Of a stretch of DNA of 40,418 nt, positions 36,659-40,418 are shown piece after piece. The notes under the pieces were generated by a model. The model had not been told where the DNA came from and made no database searches. It saw nothing but the letters and a program-made list of their open reading frames with translations. A program made the translations under genes and the position numbers. The first letter of the stretch is position 1, and each line of letters begins with the position of its first letter. This DNA is from a virus (Duplodnaviria > Caudoviricetes): positions 1-40,418 of the IMG/VR virus record IMGVR_UViG_3300033067_000326; one strand, 5' to 3'.

Positions 36659-36733
36659 GGAAGTATAGCAAAGTGGTAATGCACTACCTTCATACGGTAA
36701 CTATCGCTAGTTCGAATCTAGCTACTTCCACCA
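36659..36733 (+). tRNA. tRNA-Met(CAU), elongator-type
   Basis: GGAAGTA/TACTTCC, CTACC-TT-CAT-AC-GGTAA, CCA. Confidence 0.85.
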
Positions 36734-36738
36734 AATTT

Positions 36739-36822
36739 GGATGTTCGACGCAGTTGGAGAGGCGTGGCTGGCTGTAACCCAGTTCGTAAAGTGAGTAAGT
36801 TCGAATCTTACAACATCCACCA
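36739..36822 (+). tRNA. tRNA-Tyr(GUA)
   Basis: GGATGTT/AACATCC, GCTGG-CT-GTA-AC-CCAGT, long variable region, CCA. Confidence 0.85.
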
Positions 36823-36830
36823 AGTTTTAT

Positions 36831-37090
36831 TTCGTTGTAGTTTAGAGTGAGCAAAAAGGTAGCATTGAGTAGGTGAGATAATACATCTAGTAGCACAAAG
36901 TAGATAACAATCGCGTAGGCTGTAAAAAACCAAACACTGTGAGCCCGGGAAGTGCGGGACAGGTTGAAATGTGCAAAAAGTGGGATAAGGCATTGAGGGG
37001 ATGTGAGAATATTGTTCCGGAAGAACACAGGCACCCAGCATACGCGATTTTAGGCCTGAGACGTAGGTTCGAGTCCTACTAACGAAGCCA
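36831..37090 (+). ncRNA. 260-nt tRNA-shaped RNA with large D-region insertion and 21-nt anticodon loop
   Basis: TTCGTTG(36831-37)/TAACGAA(37080-86), G-CCA, T arm GTAGG-TTCGAGT-CCTAC, stem CAGGC/GCCTG. Confidence 0.7.
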
Positions 37091-37091
37091 G

Positions 37092-37240
37092 TTTTGAGAT
37101 AGACGGCACGATTGAGTCCCATTCTGCATAGCATACCGGCTGGTATGTGACAGCGCCAGTTTGCAGCTTATGGTAGTTTAAACTCTTGTGTACGAGACAA
37201 TCCAGTGAGTCCACCCAGGTGGATAGTTGGGCTCTCAAAA
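37092..37240 (+). ncRNA. Putative structured RNA between tRNAs
   Basis: TTTTGAGA/TCTCAAAA closing stem; nested GATTG/CAATC, CCAT/ATGG, CTGCA/TGCAG, GCATACC/GGTATGT, TCCAC/GTGGA. Confidence 0.55.
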
Positions 37241-37249
37241 ACCTTTTAT

Positions 37250-37324
37250 GGGCTGCTAGTATAGGGGGAATTACACTAGCCTTGCACGTTAGTAATCGGG
37301 GTTCGAGTCCCCGGCGGTCCACCA
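37250..37324 (+). tRNA. tRNA-Ala(UGC)
   Basis: GGGCTGC/GCGGTCC with G3:U70, CT-TGC-AC loop, CCA. Confidence 0.92.
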
Positions 37325-37332
37325 AACAATTT

Positions 37333-37410
37333 GCCACAGTAGCTCCAATCGCGTAGAGCAGTAGCCTGAAAAGTTATGTGTTGCTGGTTCGAGTCCAGCC
37401 TGTGGCACCA
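37333..37410 (+). tRNA. tRNA-Phe(GAA), D loop lacks canonical GG
   Basis: GCCACAG/CTGTGGC, CT-GAA-AA loop, D loop CAATCGCGTA, CCA. Confidence 0.9.
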
Positions 37411-37416
37411 AATTAA

Positions 37417-37492
37417 GCCGTGGTAGCTCTCTGGGTAGGGCACCTCACTGTCGATGAGACCTAGGCGGGTTCGATTCCCGTCCACGGCGCCA
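37417..37492 (+). tRNA. tRNA-Asp(GUC)
   Basis: GCCGTGG/CCACGGC, CT-GTC-GA loop, G73, CCA. Confidence 0.9.
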
Positions 37493-37499
37493 AGTTTAA

Positions 37500-37578
37500 C
37501 TGTGTGTAATGTCAGCCAGGTCAGACGGCCCTCTTTGGAAGTGGGAGGCCGCAGGTTCGAATCCTGCCACACAGACCA
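37500..37578 (+). tRNA. tRNA-Pro(UGG)
   Basis: CTGTGTG/CACACAG, TT-TGG-AA loop, CCA. Confidence 0.88.
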
Positions 37579-37583
37579 ATAAT

Positions 37584-37675
37584 GGAAAGTAATGCAGCGG
37601 GGTTGGTCCTGCGACTAGTCTTGAAAACTAGGTTCTCAGAAATGGGATGGGGTTCGACTCCTCTGCTTTCCGCCA
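37584..37675 (+). tRNA. tRNA-Ser(UGA), 8/4-type fold
   Basis: GGAAAGTA/TGCTTTCC 8 bp, T stem GGGG/CCTC 4 bp, CTAGT-CT-TGA-AA-ACTAG, long V arm, G73, CCA. Confidence 0.85.
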
Positions 37676-37681
37676 AAATAT

Positions 37682-37756
37682 ACCGGGTTAGCTCAGTGGT
37701 AGAGCAGCGGCTTGATAAGCCGTTGGTCGCAAGTTCAAATCTTGCATCCGGTACCA
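37682..37756 (+). tRNA. tRNA-Ile(GAU)
   Basis: ACCGGGT/ATCCGGT, GCGGC-TT-GAT-AA-GCCGT, CCA. Confidence 0.92.
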
Positions 37757-37761
37757 ATTAT

Positions 37762-37837
37762 GCCCCTGAAACCTTTAATGGATGAGGTCCTGTTTTGTAA
37801 GCAGGAGAAGTCGGTTCGATTCCGGACTGGGGCACCA
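37762..37837 (+). tRNA. tRNA-Thr(UGU), atypical
   Basis: CCTGT-TT-TGT-AA-GCAGG; A at position 8, T-T mismatch in acceptor, imperfect T stem; CCA. Confidence 0.75.
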
Positions 37838-37844
37838 AACATAT

Positions 37845-37919
37845 TCCAGTGTAGCACAGCGGTAGTGCAGTTGACTGTTAATCAATTGGTCGTAGGTTCG
37901 ATCCCTGCCACTGGAGCCA
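37845..37919 (+). tRNA. tRNA-Asn(GUU)
   Basis: TCCAGTG/CACTGGA, CT-GTT-AA loop, G73, CCA. Confidence 0.93.
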
Positions 37920-37924
37920 ATTTT

Positions 37925-37998
37925 ATCTCGGTAGTGTAATGGCAGCATAGCAGTCTCCAAAACTGTTTGTGGGGGTTCGAGTCCCTCCCGGGATGCCA
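37925..37998 (+). tRNA. tRNA-Trp(CCA)
   Basis: ATCTCGG/CCGGGAT, CT-CCA-AA loop, G73, CCA. Confidence 0.92.
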
Positions 37999-38007
37999 AG
38001 TTTTTGT

Positions 38008-38085
38008 TGGGGTATAGCTTAGTCTGGCCTAAAGCACTAGTCTTTGAAATTAGTATCATTGGTTCGAATCCAATTACCCCTGCCA
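38008..38085 (+). tRNA. tRNA-Gln(UUG)
   Basis: TGGGGTA/TACCCCT (U1-U72), CT-TTG-AA loop, G73, CCA. Confidence 0.9.
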
Positions 38086-38138
38086 TATATTTGTTAACTT
38101 CTAGTAGTGAATAAATATTTTTCTACTGTGAGGTTTCA

Positions 38139-39749
38139 ATGAACGTATGTGTTATAGGTGCAGGATTCACGGGAATCTTAACTGCATTAATTCTAAAGAA
38201 AAATTGTCCCAGTGTAACTATTACACTAATTGACAGCAACAAAGAACCAAAGAATTTCGGATTTGGTGAGAGTGCGCCACCGGCGTTCATGACATGGCTG
38301 CTTAACTCACTAAAAGTTGCACCCGAAGAAAGATCGCAATGGGTCACCGATTGGTTAATTGGTACAAACAGTACATTTAAGTACAACCTAAAGTGGCAGA
38401 ATTTTACAAGTGCATCCGACGACGGATATGTAAGTGGTGTACGTGACATGCCTGATTTTAGGGCTATACTTGACGGAAGTCCGGTAGGTCACGGGATGGA
38501 CATTAACATCGCAAATCCAGACAACAATGCATATCGCATGTTTGACCTCTGGTACGAACTGTACAAGGCAGGGCACAGAAAGTTAGAAGACTTTCAACCT
38601 GACACCAATGACTTGTACTGGCTTTCTAAGAAAGGCAGAGTTCCTTACTACGAAGGCAGGTTTGTGTTTGACGTAATGAGCAGTCACATTAACTCATTTG
38701 AAGTGTGTGAATGGCTTAGAAACAAATACGGAGATATCATTGATACTGTTGTAGTAGACACTATCAAAGACATTGAGTTTACATCGTCTGGGGCGATTAA
38801 AGAATTGCACCTAGAGTCGGGTAATACCACAACAGCAGATTTTTACATTGACTGTACTGGTTTTAAGCGGTTAGTAGGTAACAAAGCCAACTTGCCATTT
38901 AAGCGTCCGGATACTGACATCTACCATGATTCGGTTACTGTAGTGGCAAACAGCTACACGGAAAACTTTGAGCAAGAGATGTTACCGCAAACAGTTGGAT
39001 ACGGAATGGACTATGGTTGGACCTTTTCTATTCCGTTGCTAAACAGAAAAAGTTACGGATACACTTACAATTCCCGGGATCTAACGCCCGACCAGGCACT
39101 GGAGGAATTGGCAACACTAAGCGATCCAGCAACTAGAGTCATTGAGCCTATACATTTAAAGTGGACTCCTGGAGGGTACACCACATCGTGCAAGGAAAAC
39201 TTTGCACTAGTTGGGCTAAGTGCAGGATTCGTTGATCCGTTTGATGCTAACACAATTGGTCTACAAGTAATACAGCTAAACAATTTAGTTGAATTTTTCA
39301 ATGACACAACAAAGCAGCATCTACAAGATCGTTACAATGAAGAAACATGGGGCTTGTTTAGCTCTGTGGCAGAGCGTGTCGAATATCATTTTGGACTAGC
39401 ACCAAGATCGACGTCACCGTATTGGGAACGTAATCATCAAGTTGCAAAGCACAAACGTTTAGAAGATGCAATCTTTGAAACGCTAAATGATTACAAGCAT
39501 TCTCCAGATGCTGAACGCCGTGGTCGATTTATACCGTATCGCAGTGCATTGTATCTAAGTGAGTTAGTGTACTTTGACATTGACATGAGCAGACGTTGCA
39601 GAAACTCTAATCCGTCGCTGTTAATGTTTGCCAAGGACTTTTTCAAGACCAATGCAAACTTAAACAGGGCAAGAGCAGAGTTATTTCCTACATTGTTGCA
39701 GTGGTACAAGATGAAAGGCATTGACTTAAAGCAATTAAACGGTCTATAA
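38139..39749 (+). CDS. Divergent flavin-dependent halogenase family protein
   Basis: 536 aa; IGAGFTG, FGFGES, STFKYNLKW, YIDCTGF, WTFSIP, FVDPFDANT; GAGG RBS and ATAAATA at 38111-17. Confidence 0.8.
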   Translation: MNVCVIGAGFTGILTALILKKNCPSVTITLIDSNKEPKNFGFGESAPPAFMTWLLNSLKVAPEERSQWVTDWLIGTNSTFKYNLKWQNFTSASDDGYVSGVRDMPDFRAILDGSPVGHGMDINIANPDNNAYRMFDLWYELYKAGHRKLEDFQPDTNDLYWLSKKGRVPYYEGRFVFDVMSSHINSFEVCEWLRNKYGDIIDTVVVDTIKDIEFTSSGAIKELHLESGNTTTADFYIDCTGFKRLVGNKANLPFKRPDTDIYHDSVTVVANSYTENFEQEMLPQTVGYGMDYGWTFSIPLLNRKSYGYTYNSRDLTPDQALEELATLSDPATRVIEPIHLKWTPGGYTTSCKENFALVGLSAGFVDPFDANTIGLQVIQLNNLVEFFNDTTKQHLQDRYNEETWGLFSSVAERVEYHFGLAPRSTSPYWERNHQVAKHKRLEDAIFETLNDYKHSPDAERRGRFIPYRSALYLSELVYFDIDMSRRCRNSNPSLLMFAKDFFKTNANLNRARAELFPTLLQWYKMKGIDLKQLNGL

Positions 39750-39750
39750 T

Positions 39751-39825
39751 ACTTCCTTAGCTCAGCGGTAGAGCAGTACGTTGACATCGTAAAGGTCAGT
39801 GGTTCAATCCCACTAGGAAGTACCA
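39751..39825 (+). tRNA. tRNA-Val(GAC)
   Basis: ACTTCCT/AGGAAGT, TT-GAC-AT loop, CCA. Confidence 0.92.
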
Positions 39826-39834
39826 ATAAAGTAG

Positions 39835-39863
39835 TTGACAGTTATTGAACTGTTTGCTACAAT
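39835..39863 (+). promoter_or_regulatory. Sigma70-like promoter
   Basis: TTGACA-17 nt-TACAAT with TG extension. Confidence 0.8.
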
Positions 39864-39870
39864 AGATACA

Positions 39871-39900
39871 TGTTAAGAAATTAACAAACGTTCTTTAAAA
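39871..39900 (+). promoter_or_regulatory. rrn-like boxB/boxA antitermination leader
   Basis: TGTTAA-GAAA-TTAACA hairpin then CGTTCTTTAAAA (boxA consensus TGCTCTTTAACA). Confidence 0.65.
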
Positions 39901-39917
39901 ATTTAAGTGAAAATTTT

Positions 39918-40003
39918 GCGACTGTGGTGAAATAGGTAGACACAAGAGACTTAAAATCTCTCGCTGTAATGGCGTTCCGGTTCGATTCCGGACAGTCGCA
40001 CCA
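39918..40003 (+). tRNA. tRNA-Leu(UAA)
   Basis: GCGACTG/CAGTCGC, AGAGA-CT-TAA-AA-TCTCT, long V arm, CCA. Confidence 0.93.
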
Positions 40004-40128
40004 TATACAAACATTCTTGACGGGGTGTGTGCCGGGCTAGAATCCGGTAACTATTTCGGTCTCCTGGCAGAGGCGAAAGTAGCAGTGTGCCAGCACTGTG
40101 GCGAAATTGAGAGTGTTTCTATATGGTG
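39999..40128 (+). ncRNA. Putative kissing-loop structured RNA
   Basis: Closing stem CACCATATA-c-AAACATTC / GAGTGTTT-c-TATATGGTG; three inner hairpins; loops CTGGCA and TGCCAG are complementary. Confidence 0.65.
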
Positions 40129-40155
40129 ATTTAATAAAAACAAAAACAAATTCAT

Positions 40156-40230
40156 GGAGCATTCGTCTATCGGTTAGGACATCAGGTTTTCATCCTGAGA
40201 AGAGGAGTTCGATTCTCCTATGCTCTTCCA
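40156..40230 (+). tRNA. tRNA-Glu(UUC)
   Basis: GGAGCAT/ATGCTCT, TCAGG-TT-TTC-AT-CCTGA, U discriminator, CCA. Confidence 0.88.
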
Positions 40231-40232
40231 AG

Positions 40233-40418
40233 TTTTGCTGACACAGGGTGCGAGTAATCGCTATGTGGCTAATGTTGTAGAATGAGCAGTGTCGCCTTAC
40301 CGCAGACAATAGTTAGTCTCTACCCTTGCAACGGCGAACGATTTAGTGCCTCATACTATCAATCGGGAGAGCATTACCTAAAACCCTAAGCAGGGCATCG
40401 ACAGTAAAGGCAGTTGCC
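40233..40418 (+). ncRNA. Putative structured RNA, may extend past window end
   Basis: AGGGT/ACCCT, GCGA-GTAA-TCGC, GGCTAATGTTGT/ACAATAGTTAGTC, possible TTTTGCTG/CAGTAAAG closure. Confidence 0.4.

Noticed and set aside
36831-37090. tmRNA or group I intron-containing tRNA
   Set aside because: No G3:U70/A73 alanine identity, insertion on the D side, no recognisable tag peptide or group I P7 core by eye; a covariance search is still needed.
37150-37200. 5S rRNA loop E resemblance (AGCGCC..ATGGTAGT..CGAGA)
   Set aside because: Short scattered matches; 5S helices do not form in register.
36690-38086. ORF-track ORFs over the tRNA array (also 32430-32651 and 39491-39826)
   Set aside because: They overlap clear tRNA cloverleaves and are typical tRNA-derived spurious ORFs.
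40017-40043. TTGACG...TAGAAT as a promoter
   Set aside because: Spacer is only 15 nt and it lies inside a structured element.

Overview
Segment of a large T4-like (jumbo) myovirus genome using the standard genetic code; all protein calls come from motif recognition, not database searches. Left to right: (1) 1-4851, end of a Gly-rich tail-fibre-like gene followed by a modification-enzyme cassette (U32-family Fe-S protein, 2OG-Fe(II) oxygenase, flavin-dependent halogenase, Maf/DUF115-like protein). (2) 4846-27784, virion morphogenesis: gp15-, gp14- and gp13-like neck/tail-terminator proteins, 1080-aa tail sheath, tail tube, gp4 head-completion nuclease, TerS-like protein, TerL, putative internal head proteins including an ADP-ribosyltransferase-like one, plus NUDIX, dNMP kinase and HNH genes. 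(3) 27928-32356, gp32 SSB, UvsX, UvsY, methyltransferase. (4) 32360-40418, a tRNA array (18 tRNAs read by hand) interleaved with two PP-loop ATPases, a cupin, a second halogenase and several structured non-coding elements. The most interesting signals are in block 4: a leader-peptide/antiterminator/terminator attenuator in front of the main tRNA array; an Ile-rich micro-ORF whose 3' end can pair with the acceptor strand of a long-variable-arm tRNA-Ile(UAU); a 260-nt tRNA-shaped RNA with a ~170-nt D-region insertion that can pair with its own 21-nt anticodon loop; a kissing-loop RNA; and an rrn-like boxB/boxA leader. Together these suggest a translation-stress-sensing tRNA supply system (inference).
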